A stretch of 64,000 nucleotides of DNA from an uncultured Oscillospiraceae bacterium (GTDB lineage: Bacteria; Bacillota; Clostridia; Oscillospirales; Oscillospiraceae), in contig CAJUOT010000005.1 in NCBI GenBank assembly GCA_910588135.1, positions 4,422 to 68,421 on the forward strand, in the 5' to 3' direction. Of the stretch, positions 42,885 through 52,219 are shown piece after piece. The translations under genes and the position numbers were made by a program. Position 1 is the first letter of the stretch; every line of letters starts with the position of its first letter. The notes under the pieces are model-generated. The model saw nothing but the letters and a program-made list of their open reading frames with translations. It had not been told where the DNA came from and searched no databases.

Positions 42885-44204
42885 ATGGGCTCGGCCAGAG
42901 AGACGGCGGCGCTCACCCTGGCCGCCTGTGAAAAGCAGGGGGCCTGGTCGGACGGCCGCCTGAAGCACGCCATGCGGGAAAACGGCCTGGACCGCCGGGA
43001 CGGGGCGCTGTGCGCCCGGCTGTGCTACGGGGTGCTGCAAAACAAGCTGCTGCTGGACTGGCGGCTGGGGCGGGTGTGCTCCATGAAGCTGGAAAAGCTG
43101 GCGGTCAAGGTGCTGTGCATTCTGCGGGTGGGGGCATACCAGCTGCTGTTTCTGGACAAGATTCCCCCCAGCGCGGCGGTGAACGAGGCGGTGGAGCTGG
43201 CCAAGCGCCACAGCCGCAACCCCCGGGCGGCGGGGCTGGTGAACGGGGTGCTGCGCGCCCTGCTGCGGGAGGAGGCGCCGGAGATCAGGGGGAGGAACGA
43301 GCTGGAGACCCTGTCCATCCGGTACAGCCATCCCCGCTGGCTGGCGGAGGAGTTCACGGCGCTGCTGGGGACAGAGGGCGCGGCGGCCCTGATGGAGGCG
43401 GACAACGCCCAGCCCCCCACCACCGCCCAGGTGAACACCCTGCGGACCGGCGCGGAAAAGCTGGCGGAGAATCTGAGCGGGGCCGGCGTGGAGGCCCGGC
43501 CCCACCCCTGGCTGGAGAACTGCCTGCTGCTCACCGGCACGGGGGACCTGGAGCGGCTGGAGGCGTTCCGGCGGGGAGAGTTCTATGTCCAGGATGCGGC
43601 CTCCCGGCTGGCGGTGCTGGCGGCGGAGCCGAAACCCGGCCAGCGGGTGCTGGACTGCTGCGCCGCGCCGGGGGGCAAGTCCTTTGCCGCCGCCATCGCC
43701 ATGGACAACCGGGGGGAGCTGGTCTCCTGCGACATCCACCCCCACAAGATCAGGCTGCTGGAGGCGGGGAGGGACCGGCTGGGGCTGGACATGATCCGGC
43801 CCACCCTCCAGAACGCCGCCCAGTGCCGGGAGGACTGGGTGGAGGGCTTCGACATGGTGCTGGCCGACGTGCCCTGCTCGGGGCTGGGCATCATCCGCAA
43901 GAAGCCGGATATCCGCTACAAGGACCCGGGACCGCTGGCCGGACTGCCCCGGGTGCAGCGGGCGATTCTGGATAACTGCGCCCGGTATGTCCGCCCCGGC
44001 GGTGTGCTGGCCTACTCCACCTGCACCCTGCTGCGGCGGGAAAACGATGAGATTGTGGACAGCTTCCTGGCGGAGCATCCGGACTTCGCGGCCGAGCCCT
44101 TCCAGCTGCCCCATCTGGGGCAGCAGCCGGGCCGGATCACCTTCTGGCCCCATGTCCACGGCACCGACGGCTTTTTCGCCGCCAAGCTGCGCAGAAAGGG
44201 ATGA
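42885..44204 (+). CDS. rsmB: 16S rRNA (cytosine967-C5)-methyltransferase
   Basis: NusB-like N-domain, SAM site DCCAAPGGKS, catalytic DVPCSGLG and YSTCT. Confidence 0.88.
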   Translation: MGSARETAALTLAACEKQGAWSDGRLKHAMRENGLDRRDGALCARLCYGVLQNKLLLDWRLGRVCSMKLEKLAVKVLCILRVGAYQLLFLDKIPPSAAVNEAVELAKRHSRNPRAAGLVNGVLRALLREEAPEIRGRNELETLSIRYSHPRWLAEEFTALLGTEGAAALMEADNAQPPTTAQVNTLRTGAEKLAENLSGAGVEARPHPWLENCLLLTGTGDLERLEAFRRGEFYVQDAASRLAVLAAEPKPGQRVLDCCAAPGGKSFAAAIAMDNRGELVSCDIHPHKIRLLEAGRDRLGLDMIRPTLQNAAQCREDWVEGFDMVLADVPCSGLGIIRKKPDIRYKDPGPLAGLPRVQRAILDNCARYVRPGGVLAYSTCTLLRRENDEIVDSFLAEHPDFAAEPFQLPHLGQQPGRITFWPHVHGTDGFFAAKLRRKG

Positions 44205-45259
44205 TTCCCATGACAGATCTGAAATCCATGCTCCCGGAGGAGCTGGAGGCGTACTTCCAGGGGCTGGGCCAGCCCAGGTTCCGGGCCATGCAGGTGTTCC
44301 GCTGGCTCCACGCAGGGGCGGAGTCCTTCGACGAGATGACCAACCTGCCCAAGCCCCTCCGGGAGAAGCTGAAGGAGACCTGCATCCTCACTGTGCCCAG
44401 GGTGGAGCGCAAACAGGTATCCCAGCTGGACGGGACCATCAAATATTTGTGGCGCCTGGGGGACGGAAATTGTGTGGAAACGGTTTTGATGCGCTATAAG
44501 CATGGGAATACTGTGTGCGTATCCAGCCAGGTGGGGTGCAATATGGGCTGTGTGTTCTGCGCCTCCACCCTGGGGGGAAAGGTGCGGGACCTCACTCCGG
44601 CGGAAATTCTGGATCAGGTAATATTTACCGAAAAGGACAGCGGGGAGGCCGTTTCCAACATCGTGATGATGGGAATTGGCGAGCCCCTGGACAATTTTGA
44701 CCACGTTTTGCGGTTTCTGGAGCTGGTAAACCACCCGGACGGGGGAAATATCGGGATGCGGCACATCTCCCTGTCCACCTGCGGGCTGGTAAAGAAAATT
44801 GACAAACTGGCCGCACTTGAGTTACAATTGACCTTGAGCGTCTCCCTCCACGCGCCGGACGACGAGACCAGGTCAAAGCTGATGCCGGTAAACCGGGCGG
44901 TGGGGGTGGACGCGCTGATGGACACCTGCCGCCGGTACTTCGAGACCACCGGGCGGCGCATCTCCTATGAGTATGCCATGATCGACGGGGTGAACGACGG
45001 CGACGAACAGGCCGACCGGCTGGCGCAGCTGCTGCGGGGCCAGCCGGGGCACGTGAACCTCATCCCGCTCAACGAGGTGGCGGAGTCGCCCCTGAGGCCC
45101 AGCCGCCGGGTGCGGCAGTTTCAGCAGCGGCTGGAGGGCCGCGGCGTCACCGCCACGGTGCGGCGGAAGCTGGGGGGCGACATCGACGCCTCCTGCGGCC
45201 AGCTGCGGCGGAAGAGGATCATGGAGGGAGACCAAACCCCAGAGGAGGGATCGGCTTGA
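44201..45259 (+). CDS. rlmN: 23S rRNA/tRNA (adenine2503-C2)-methyltransferase, radical SAM
   Basis: CVSSQVGCNMGCVFCAST (CxxxCxxC cluster), NIVMMGIGEPL, LAVSLHAP-like SVSLHAP, CGQL. Confidence 0.92.
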   Translation: MIPMTDLKSMLPEELEAYFQGLGQPRFRAMQVFRWLHAGAESFDEMTNLPKPLREKLKETCILTVPRVERKQVSQLDGTIKYLWRLGDGNCVETVLMRYKHGNTVCVSSQVGCNMGCVFCASTLGGKVRDLTPAEILDQVIFTEKDSGEAVSNIVMMGIGEPLDNFDHVLRFLELVNHPDGGNIGMRHISLSTCGLVKKIDKLAALELQLTLSVSLHAPDDETRSKLMPVNRAVGVDALMDTCRRYFETTGRRISYEYAMIDGVNDGDEQADRLAQLLRGQPGHVNLIPLNEVAESPLRPSRRVRQFQQRLEGRGVTATVRRKLGGDIDASCGQLRRKRIMEGDQTPEEGSA

Positions 45260-45984
45260 AAGTTTGCGGCATGACGGACATAGGCTGTCACCGGAAGGAT
45301 AACCAGGACAGCTATGTCATCCGTCAGATGGAGGACGGGACGGCCCTGCTGGCGGTGTGCGACGGCATGGGCGGCGCCCAGGCGGGCAGCGTGGCCAGCT
45401 CGGTGGCGGTGGAGGAATTCGCCGCCGCGGTGGAGCGGGCCGTGGGCCAGGGCCTGCCGGATGGGCCGGGCCGGGCGCTGGAAGAGGCCTGCCGGGCGGC
45501 CAACGGAAAGGTGCACCGCCTCAGCCAGGAGCGCCGGGAGTACGAGGGCATGGGCACCACCCTGGTGGCGGCGCTGGTCCTGCGGGACGGCGTCTGGCTG
45601 GCAAATGTGGGGGACAGCCGCTGCTATCTGCTGGAGGGGGAGGCCATCCGGCAGGCGACGGTGGACCACTCCCTGGTGCAGCTGCTGGTGGAACGGGGGG
45701 AGATCACCCCCGACGAGGCCAGAGTACATCCCCAGAAGAACCTGATTACCCGGGCCCTGGGGGTGGACGGCCATGTGGAGTGCGATGTGACCCGGCTGGA
45801 GCCGGAGGCGGGCAGCCGTCTGCTGCTGTGCAGCGACGGGCTGACCAATGTGCTGGAGGACGGGACGGTGCTGGAGCTCAGCCGCCGGGAGGCGGAGCTT
45901 GAGGGACTGTGCCGCGCCCTGATTGAACTGACGCTGGCACGGGGCGCGCCGGACAATGTTACCGCCGTATTGGCGCAGCTGTAA
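45256..45984 (+). CDS. prpC: PP2C-family Ser/Thr protein phosphatase (Stp/PrpC)
   Basis: DIGCHRKDNQD, AVCDGMGG, MGTTLVAA, NVGDSRCY, CSDGLTN, DNVT. TTG start. Confidence 0.88.
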   Translation: MKVCGMTDIGCHRKDNQDSYVIRQMEDGTALLAVCDGMGGAQAGSVASSVAVEEFAAAVERAVGQGLPDGPGRALEEACRAANGKVHRLSQERREYEGMGTTLVAALVLRDGVWLANVGDSRCYLLEGEAIRQATVDHSLVQLLVERGEITPDEARVHPQKNLITRALGVDGHVECDVTRLEPEAGSRLLLCSDGLTNVLEDGTVLELSRREAELEGLCRALIELTLARGAPDNVTAVLAQL

Positions 45985-46001
45985 ACGAGGAGGACTTTAC
46001 C

Positions 46002-48077
46002 ATGGATCAATACATAGGTAAAATGCTCGACAACCGATACGAGATTCTGGAGTGCATCGGCACCGGGGGCATGGCCGTGGTGTACAAGGCCCGGTGCCAC
46101 CGGCTCAACCGGCTGGTGGCCATCAAGATCCTGAAGCCGGAGCTGGCCCAGGACGCCGATTTCCGCCGGCGCTTCCACGACGAGTCCCAGGCGGTGGCCA
46201 TGCTGTCCAACGCCAACATTGTGTCCGTGTATGACGTGAGCCGTTCCGACGGGCTGGACTATATTGTCATGGAGCTGGTGGACGGGATGACCCTCAAGCA
46301 GTATATGCTGCGCAGGGGCACGCCGCTGAACTGGCGGGAGGCGGTGCATTTCATCACCCAGATCATGCGGGCGCTGAGCCACGCCCACTCCCGGGGCATC
46401 ATCCACCGGGACATCAAGCCCCACAACATCATGGTGCTGCGGGACGGCAGCGTGAAGGTCACCGACTTCGGCATCGCCCAGCTGGCCAGCGCCGCCCAGA
46501 ACACCATGACCCAGGAGACCATCGGTTCGGTGCACTATATCTCGCCGGAGCAGGCCAAGGGCAGCCATGTGGACTGCCGCACCGACATCTACTCCGCCGG
46601 CGTGGTGCTGTATGAAATGCTCACCGGCCGCCTGCCCTTCGAGGGGGACACTCCCGTGGCGGTGGCCATTCAGCACATCAAGTCCATCCCCGTACCCCCC
46701 TGCGACCTGAACCCGGACGTGCCCCGGGCGCTGGAGGCCATCACCATGAAGGCCATGGCCCCTGAGCTGGGCCAGCGGTACGCCTCCGCCGAGGAGATGC
46801 TGGACGACCTGAAGGAGTTCCGCAAGAACCCGGATTTCCAGCCCGCCTCCACCGGCCCGGGGGAGACGGACGAGCCCACCCAGGTGGTGCCGGCGAAGAT
46901 GATTACGGCTTCCGTCCGGGTGCCGGTGGAGCGCCGGGAGCCGGAGGGGGCGCAGCCGGAGCGCCAGCGCCGCCGCCGGGAGGCGGAGGAGGACGACTAT
47001 TACGACGACGAGCCGCCCCGCCGGGGCGCCGGGGTGGCGGCGGCCGCCGCCGCGGTGCTGGTCATCCTGGCTTTTATCGGCTGCATCGTCTACTTCCTCT
47101 GGAACTTCTTTGCCAAGGATCTGCTGTTCCCTGAGACCCAGGAGTATGAGGTGCCCAGCCTGCTGGGCTACACCGTGGAGCAGCTGGAGGAGAACAAGGC
47201 GATTCTGGGCGGCTTCGAGCTGGAGGTGGGCCCCACGGTGTTCAGCGCGGAGTACGAGGAGGGACAGATCTGCAGCCAGACCCCGGAGGCCAAGACGATG
47301 GTGAAGGAGGGCAGCATGACCATCACCGTCAACGTCAGCGGCGGCGAGGATGAGATGTATATGCCCAACGTGAAGACCTGGGACTTCCGGCAGGCCCTCC
47401 AGACCCTCCAGGATGAGATGGGGTTGAAGGTGAAGCAGGAGGAGGACTTCTCTGAGACCATCACCCAGGGCTATGTCATCTCCCAGATTCCCCAGGAGGG
47501 GGTCCGGGTGGACAAGGGGGACGAGGTCACCATTGTCGTCAGCAAAGGCCCGGAACAGAAGCAGGCCACGGTGACCAACTTCCTCAACGTCCCGCTGGAG
47601 CAGGCCAAGGAGCAGATTACCCAGCTGGGCCTGAAGGTGGGCAAGGTCAGCGAATACTACAGCGACGAGTACGCCGAGGGCCGGGTATCCTGGCAGAGCA
47701 TCGCCCAGGGGGAGCAGGTGGACAAGGATACCCCCATCGACCTGTGGGTGAGCCTGGGCCCGGAGCCTGTGGAGGAGAGCACGCCGCCGGGGACCGAGCC
47801 GCCGGGGACGGAGCCGCCGGCGGAGAGCGGCCAGCTGCCCGAGCCCACCCAGGACGTGTCCGGAGCGGCCAGCACCCAGACCATCTATGTGGACTTGACC
47901 GGCTATGAGGGCACGGTGAATGTGCGCATTGTGGTGGGAGACAGGACGATCCACGACAGCCCGGTGGACGCCGACATGAACAGCAGCTTCCCCAAGAACG
48001 TCACCGCGTCGGGGCTGCAGACAGTGTCCATCTATATCAACGATTTTCTGGTAAGAAGCTACCAGCAGCAGTTCTGA
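46002..48077 (+). CDS. prkC: Ser/Thr protein kinase with extracellular PASTA repeats (PrkC/Stk1)
   Basis: GTGGMAVVYKA...VAIK, HRDIKPHN, DFG, one TM helix (AAAAAVLVILAFIGCIVYF), then three PASTA-like repeats and a C-terminal beta domain. Confidence 0.92.
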   Translation: MDQYIGKMLDNRYEILECIGTGGMAVVYKARCHRLNRLVAIKILKPELAQDADFRRRFHDESQAVAMLSNANIVSVYDVSRSDGLDYIVMELVDGMTLKQYMLRRGTPLNWREAVHFITQIMRALSHAHSRGIIHRDIKPHNIMVLRDGSVKVTDFGIAQLASAAQNTMTQETIGSVHYISPEQAKGSHVDCRTDIYSAGVVLYEMLTGRLPFEGDTPVAVAIQHIKSIPVPPCDLNPDVPRALEAITMKAMAPELGQRYASAEEMLDDLKEFRKNPDFQPASTGPGETDEPTQVVPAKMITASVRVPVERREPEGAQPERQRRRREAEEDDYYDDEPPRRGAGVAAAAAAVLVILAFIGCIVYFLWNFFAKDLLFPETQEYEVPSLLGYTVEQLEENKAILGGFELEVGPTVFSAEYEEGQICSQTPEAKTMVKEGSMTITVNVSGGEDEMYMPNVKTWDFRQALQTLQDEMGLKVKQEEDFSETITQGYVISQIPQEGVRVDKGDEVTIVVSKGPEQKQATVTNFLNVPLEQAKEQITQLGLKVGKVSEYYSDEYAEGRVSWQSIAQGEQVDKDTPIDLWVSLGPEPVEESTPPGTEPPGTEPPAESGQLPEPTQDVSGAASTQTIYVDLTGYEGTVNVRIVVGDRTIHDSPVDADMNSSFPKNVTASGLQTVSIYINDFLVRSYQQQF

Positions 48078-48081
48078 CGGC

Positions 48082-48969
48082 ATGACGGGACAGATCGTCA
48101 AGGCCCTGAGCGGTTTCTATTACGTGGACACCGGGACGGGGGAGCCGCTTCCCTGCCGGGGGCGGGGGAAACTGCGCCACCAGCGGGTGACGCCGCTGGT
48201 GGGCGACCGGGTGGAGATCACCCCCACGGGGGAGGGCACGGGGATGGTGGACGCTGTCCTTCCCCGGAAGAACCGGTTCAGCCGCCCTGCCGTGGCCAAT
48301 ATTGACCAGATGGTCATCGTCTGCTCCGGCGCGGTGCCGGTCACCGACCCGTTCCTCATCGACCGCATGGCGGCCATGGCGGAGTGGAAGGGCTGCCAGC
48401 CGCTCATCGTGTTCAACAAGTGCGACCTGGAGCGGGCGGACGCCCTGGCGGCGGTGTACCGCGCCGCGGGATTCCCCACCCTCCAGGTGAGCGCGCAGAC
48501 CGGGGAGGGGATGGACGCTTTGTCCGCCGCCGTGGCCGGGAAGGTGTCCGCCTTCACGGGGAATTCCGGGGTGGGCAAGTCCAGCATCCTCAACGCCCTC
48601 CAGCCCGGGTTCTCCCTCCGGGTGGGCGAGGTGAGCGAAAAGCTGGGGCGGGGCCGGCACACCACCCGCCATGTGGAGCTGTTCCCTGTGGCGGGCGGGC
48701 TGGTGGCGGACACGCCGGGGTTTTCCTCCTTCGACGCGGACCAGATGGAGGCCATCCCCAAAGAGGAGCTGGCCGCCGCGTTCCGGGAGTTCACGCCTTT
48801 TTTGGACGGCTGCCGGTTCCAGGGCTGCGCCCACGTGAAGGAGCGGGGCTGCGCCGTGCGGGAGGCGGTGGAGGCGGGCAGGATCGCCCCCAGCCGCCAC
48901 GACAGCTACGTCCGGCTTTATGAGCAGGCCAGGGAGCTGCCGGAGTGGGAGCAGGGAAAAAGCAAATGA
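48082..48969 (+). CDS. rsgA: Ribosome small subunit-dependent GTPase A
   Basis: Circularly permuted GTPase: VFNKCDL (G4), GNSGVGKSS (G1), DTPGF (G3), Zn knuckle CRFQGCAHVKERGC. Confidence 0.92.
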   Translation: MTGQIVKALSGFYYVDTGTGEPLPCRGRGKLRHQRVTPLVGDRVEITPTGEGTGMVDAVLPRKNRFSRPAVANIDQMVIVCSGAVPVTDPFLIDRMAAMAEWKGCQPLIVFNKCDLERADALAAVYRAAGFPTLQVSAQTGEGMDALSAAVAGKVSAFTGNSGVGKSSILNALQPGFSLRVGEVSEKLGRGRHTTRHVELFPVAGGLVADTPGFSSFDADQMEAIPKEELAAAFREFTPFLDGCRFQGCAHVKERGCAVREAVEAGRIAPSRHDSYVRLYEQARELPEWEQGKSK

Positions 48970-48978
48970 GACGGCGTG

Positions 48979-49008
48979 GGCCTCCCGGCTTGTCCGGGAG
49001 GCCTTTTT
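48979..49008 (+). terminator. Rho-independent terminator after rsgA
   Basis: GGCCTCCCGG-CTTGT-CCGGGAGGCC followed by TTTTT. Confidence 0.9.
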
Positions 49009-49084
49009 GAAATTCAGGGAACAGGACAGCCCCCTTTCACATATGCTGGTATATCATCCGGCGGCGGGAAAGGGGGGTGTTTTC

Positions 49085-49159
49085 ATGCGGGTGGTCGTGG
49101 TGAAGTTTCCCAAGGCGCTGTGCGGTCTGATGCGCAGGATATTCCACATGGACCAGTGA
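49085..49159 (+). CDS. spoVM: Stage V sporulation protein M-like micro-protein (24 aa)
   Basis: MRVVVVKFPKALCGLMRRIFHMDQ aligns with B. subtilis SpoVM MKFYTIKLPKFLGGIVRAMLGSFRKD (shared M1, K7, P9, K10, L12, G14, R17 and the hydrophobic register). The RBS is GGGAAAGGGGGG. It lies downstream of rsgA, as in the Bacillus region. Confidence 0.7.
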   Translation: MRVVVVKFPKALCGLMRRIFHMDQ

Positions 49160-49165
49160 TACATA

Positions 49166-49233
49166 GCCGCGCCAACAGCCGGGGCATTCAGACTCTGGGC
49201 CGCAGAGATGTATGCCGAGGCTGTTGGCGCGGC
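49166..49233 (+). other. Long rod-like hairpin (15-bp perfect outer stem plus two inner 5-bp stems), no U-tract
   Basis: GCCGCGCCAACAGCC (49166-49180) pairs with GGCTGTTGGCGCGGC (49219-49233). Inner pairs are GGCAT/ATGCC and CTCTG/CAGAG. Confidence 0.5.
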
Positions 49234-49300
49234 CTCTTGCTTGCGCGGCCGGGGAACCCCGGGGAACAGGGGAATGCCGTCTATTTGCCGTTTTGAGAAA

Positions 49301-49329
49301 TTGACTTCCATCCTTCCATATGGTATACT
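49301..49329 (+). promoter_or_regulatory. Sigma-A type promoter (TTGACT-17 nt-TGgTATACT)
   Basis: TTGACT at 49301-49306, a 17-nt spacer with an extended -10, TATACT at 49324-49329. Confidence 0.7.
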
Positions 49330-49401
49330 ATGTCGATATGCAGGGAACGTGCGCGGACAGGTTCCCCCTGACAGGGGGCGCGAAAGGAAGCATTGAGTGC
49401 G

Positions 49402-50682
49402 ATGCGGGAGACAGAGACAAAGCCGGAGGCCGGGGGACGGACAAAAAGGACAACGGGAATATCCGTCCGGATGGGGGCCGCCGCCCTGTGCCTGATTCTG
49501 GCGCTGAGCGCCTGCGCCTCCGGCCCGGGGCAGCTGGAATCGGAGCCGGCGAGCCCCGCCCTGGAGAGCGGGCAGGCGGCGGCCGACGCCACGCCGCCCC
49601 AGCTGCTGGGGGTGAAGGACATCACCGTGATGGCGGGGGGAAGCGTGTCCTACCGGGACGGGGTGTCCGCTGTGGACGATGTGGACGGCCCCGTGTCATT
49701 TCAGGTGGACGCCGGGGCGGTGGACCTGTCTGAACCGGGGGAGTACCGGGTGGTCTACTCCGCCGAGGACGCGGCGGGCAACCGGGCCGAGGCTGTCATC
49801 ACGGTGACGGTGGAACCCATCACGGTAGACCAGGACATCCAGGAGTCGGACGAGCCGGTTTCCACCGGCGGCGGCACGGCCTCCAGCCCGGCGACGGAGG
49901 AGGAGGTCAACCGGCTGGCGGACCAGATTTTGGGCCAGATTCTCCGGGACGGCATGAGCCAGCGGGAGCGGGCCCGGGCCATTTTCAACTATGTAAACCG
50001 GAACGTCCGGTATGTGGGCAGCTCGGACAAGTCCAGCTGGGTCGTGGGGGCCCATACGGGCTTTACCCGGCGCCGCGGGGACTGCTACAACTACTTTGCC
50101 TGTTCCAAGGCCCTGCTGACCCGGGCGGGCATCCCCAACATCGACCTGACCCGGGTGGGGGGGAACAGCCGCCACTACTGGCAGCTGGTGAACACCGGGG
50201 ACGGATGGTATCATTTTGACGCCTGCCCCCACCCCACGGGCTACCCCCTGGTGGCCTTCATGATTACCGAGACCCAGGCCCGCACCTATACCGAGCAGGT
50301 GAAGCGGGCGCGGCAGAACTACTATGTCTATGACTATGACTCCTGCCCCGTGGAGGTGGAGGGGACGCCGCCGGAGGGCTGGCGGCCGCCGGTCTCCACG
50401 CCCCCGCCGGCAGTGACCCAGCCGCCTGCGGAGGCGACGGTCGAGCCGCCGGCAGAGACAGTGGAACCGCCCGCAGAGACGGCGGAGCCTCCCCTGGAGA
50501 GCGTGGAGCCCCCAGTGGAGACCCCGCTTCCCGAAGAGAGCCAGCCGCCCGCGGAGGCGACCAGTCCCCCCGCGGAGACCGGCGCGCCGCCCGTGGAGGA
50601 GACGGAACCGCTGCCGGACTGGCCGGCCCAGACGGAGCCGCTGGACGATTGGACAAACTGGCCGCCTTCCGGAGGGGAATGA
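49402..50682 (+). CDS. Lipoprotein with an Ig-like (DUF5011/HYR-like) domain, a transglutaminase-like Cys-protease core and a Pro/Glu-rich repeat tail
   Basis: Lipobox LILALSACASG. The Ig-like segment is GVKDITVMAGGSVSYRDGVSAVDDVDGPV...YRVVYSAEDAAGNRAEAVITVTV. The core is GDCYNYFACSKALLTRAGIP...HYWQLV...WYHFDA (Cys-His-Asp pattern). Confidence 0.7.
   Translation: MRETETKPEAGGRTKRTTGISVRMGAAALCLILALSACASGPGQLESEPASPALESGQAAADATPPQLLGVKDITVMAGGSVSYRDGVSAVDDVDGPVSFQVDAGAVDLSEPGEYRVVYSAEDAAGNRAEAVITVTVEPITVDQDIQESDEPVSTGGGTASSPATEEEVNRLADQILGQILRDGMSQRERARAIFNYVNRNVRYVGSSDKSSWVVGAHTGFTRRRGDCYNYFACSKALLTRAGIPNIDLTRVGGNSRHYWQLVNTGDGWYHFDACPHPTGYPLVAFMITETQARTYTEQVKRARQNYYVYDYDSCPVEVEGTPPEGWRPPVSTPPPAVTQPPAEATVEPPAETVEPPAETAEPPLESVEPPVETPLPEESQPPAEATSPPAETGAPPVEETEPLPDWPAQTEPLDDWTNWPPSGGE
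50419..50610 (+). repeat. Imperfect in-frame tandem repeats encoding (V/T/S)EPPAET-type Pro/Glu-rich units
   Basis: QPPAEAT VEPPAET VEPPAET AEPPLES VEPPVET ... QPPAEAT SPPAET GAPPVEE TEP. Confidence 0.7.
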
Positions 50683-50684
50683 CC

Positions 50685-52202
50685 ATGCAGAGAAACGTAT
50701 TGGAATATCTGGAGGCCACCGCGCCCCGCCTGCCGGACAAGGTGGCGTTCCACAACGGCACGGAGGGCCTGACCTTCGGGCAGGTGTCCCGGGCCGCCCG
50801 GGGGATCGGCACCTTCCTGGCCCGGAAAGGGCTGGAGCGGGAGCCGGTGGTGGTGTTTATGGAAAAGCACCCCAAGTCGGTGGCCGCCTTTTTCGGGGTG
50901 GTCTACTCCGGCTGCTTCTATGTCCCCATCGACGAGGAAATGCCGCTCTACCGGGTGGAGCTGATTTTTCAGACCCTGAGGCCCCGGGCCGTGCTGTGCG
51001 ATGAAAAGACCCGTCAGGCGGCGGCGGAGCTGGGCTATGAGGGCGGGCTGTACGGCTATGAGGAGGCCGCGGCCTGCCAGCCGGACCAGGGGCTGCTGGA
51101 CTCCATCCGGGCGGGCCAGCTGGACACCGACCCGCTGTACATTGTCTTTACCTCCGGCTCCACCGGGGTGCCCAAGGGGGTGGCGGCCTGCCACCGCTCG
51201 GTGATCGACTACATCGAGCAGCTGTCCGCCACCCTGGGCTTCAGCGAGGACACGGTGTTCGGCAACCAGACCCCGCTGTACTTCGACGCCTGCCTGAAGG
51301 AGCTCTACCCCACGCTGAAATTCGGGGCCACCACCTATCTGATTCCCAAGGGGCTGTTCCTGTTTCCGGTGAAGCTGGTGGAATTCCTCAATGAGCACAA
51401 AATCAACACGGTGTGCTGGGTGGTGTCCGCCCTGACCATGATCTCCGGGCTGGGGGCGCTGAAAAAGAACGTGCCCCAGTACCTGCACACCATCGCCTTT
51501 GGCAGCGAGGTGTTTCCCATCCGCCAGTTCAACCTGTGGCGGGAGGCCCTGCCCAACGCCAGATTCACCAACCTGTACGGCCCCACCGAGTGCACCGGGA
51601 TGAGCTGCTTCTACCACGTGGACCGGGACTTCGGCCCGGACGAGGCCATTCCCATCGGCGGCCCCTTCCCCAACACGGGCATTTTGCTGCTGGCCGAGGG
51701 GGACAAGCCAGCCGCCCCCGGACAGGTGGGGGAGATCTGCATCCGGGGCACCTGCCTGACCATGGGCTACTACCGTATGCCGGAAAAGACGGCGGAGTGC
51801 TTTGTGCAGAACCCGCTGAACGACGCCTACCCCGAGCTGATCTACCGCACCGGCGACCTGGGGCGCTACAACGACCGGGGGGAGCTGGTGTTCGTCTCCC
51901 GGAAGGACTACCAGATCAAGCACATGGGGCACCGGGTGGAGCTCCAGGAGATTGAGGCCGCCGCCTCCACCCACCGCTCTGTGGCCGCGGCCTGCGCGGT
52001 GTTTGACCAGGAGAAGGACCGCATCCGGATGTACTATACCGGCGGGGTGGAGCCGGGGGAGCTGACCGCCTTTTTGAAGGGCCGCCTGCCCCGGTACATG
52101 ATTCCAAACCGCGTGGAGCGGCTGGAGCGCCTGCCGCTGACCCCCAACGGAAAAATAGACCGCAAGGCCCTGGCCGCCGGACAGATTCCGGCGGGGGTTT
52201 AA
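50685..52202 (+). CDS. Adenylate-forming enzyme, DltA-like amino-acid--carrier-protein ligase
   Basis: FTSGSTGVPKGV (A3), NLYGPTECT (A5), YRTGDLGRY (A8), PLTPNGKIDRKAL (A10). ATG 50685 lies about 9 nt after GGAGGGG. Confidence 0.8.
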   Translation: MQRNVLEYLEATAPRLPDKVAFHNGTEGLTFGQVSRAARGIGTFLARKGLEREPVVVFMEKHPKSVAAFFGVVYSGCFYVPIDEEMPLYRVELIFQTLRPRAVLCDEKTRQAAAELGYEGGLYGYEEAAACQPDQGLLDSIRAGQLDTDPLYIVFTSGSTGVPKGVAACHRSVIDYIEQLSATLGFSEDTVFGNQTPLYFDACLKELYPTLKFGATTYLIPKGLFLFPVKLVEFLNEHKINTVCWVVSALTMISGLGALKKNVPQYLHTIAFGSEVFPIRQFNLWREALPNARFTNLYGPTECTGMSCFYHVDRDFGPDEAIPIGGPFPNTGILLLAEGDKPAAPGQVGEICIRGTCLTMGYYRMPEKTAECFVQNPLNDAYPELIYRTGDLGRYNDRGELVFVSRKDYQIKHMGHRVELQEIEAAASTHRSVAAACAVFDQEKDRIRMYYTGGVEPGELTAFLKGRLPRYMIPNRVERLERLPLTPNGKIDRKALAAGQIPAGV

Positions 52203-52219
52203 GAGAAAGAAGGACTATC

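Noticed and set aside
40245-44159. Long minus-strand ORFs (532, 572 and 583 aa) antisense to priA, def, fmt and rsmB
   Set aside because: They show the same GC-driven shadow-ORF pattern, and they span several well-supported plus-strand genes.
45624-48101. 825-aa minus-strand ORF antisense to prpC/prkC
   Set aside because: It is a shadow ORF with no recognisable motifs, and the plus strand carries canonical PP2C and Hanks-kinase motifs.
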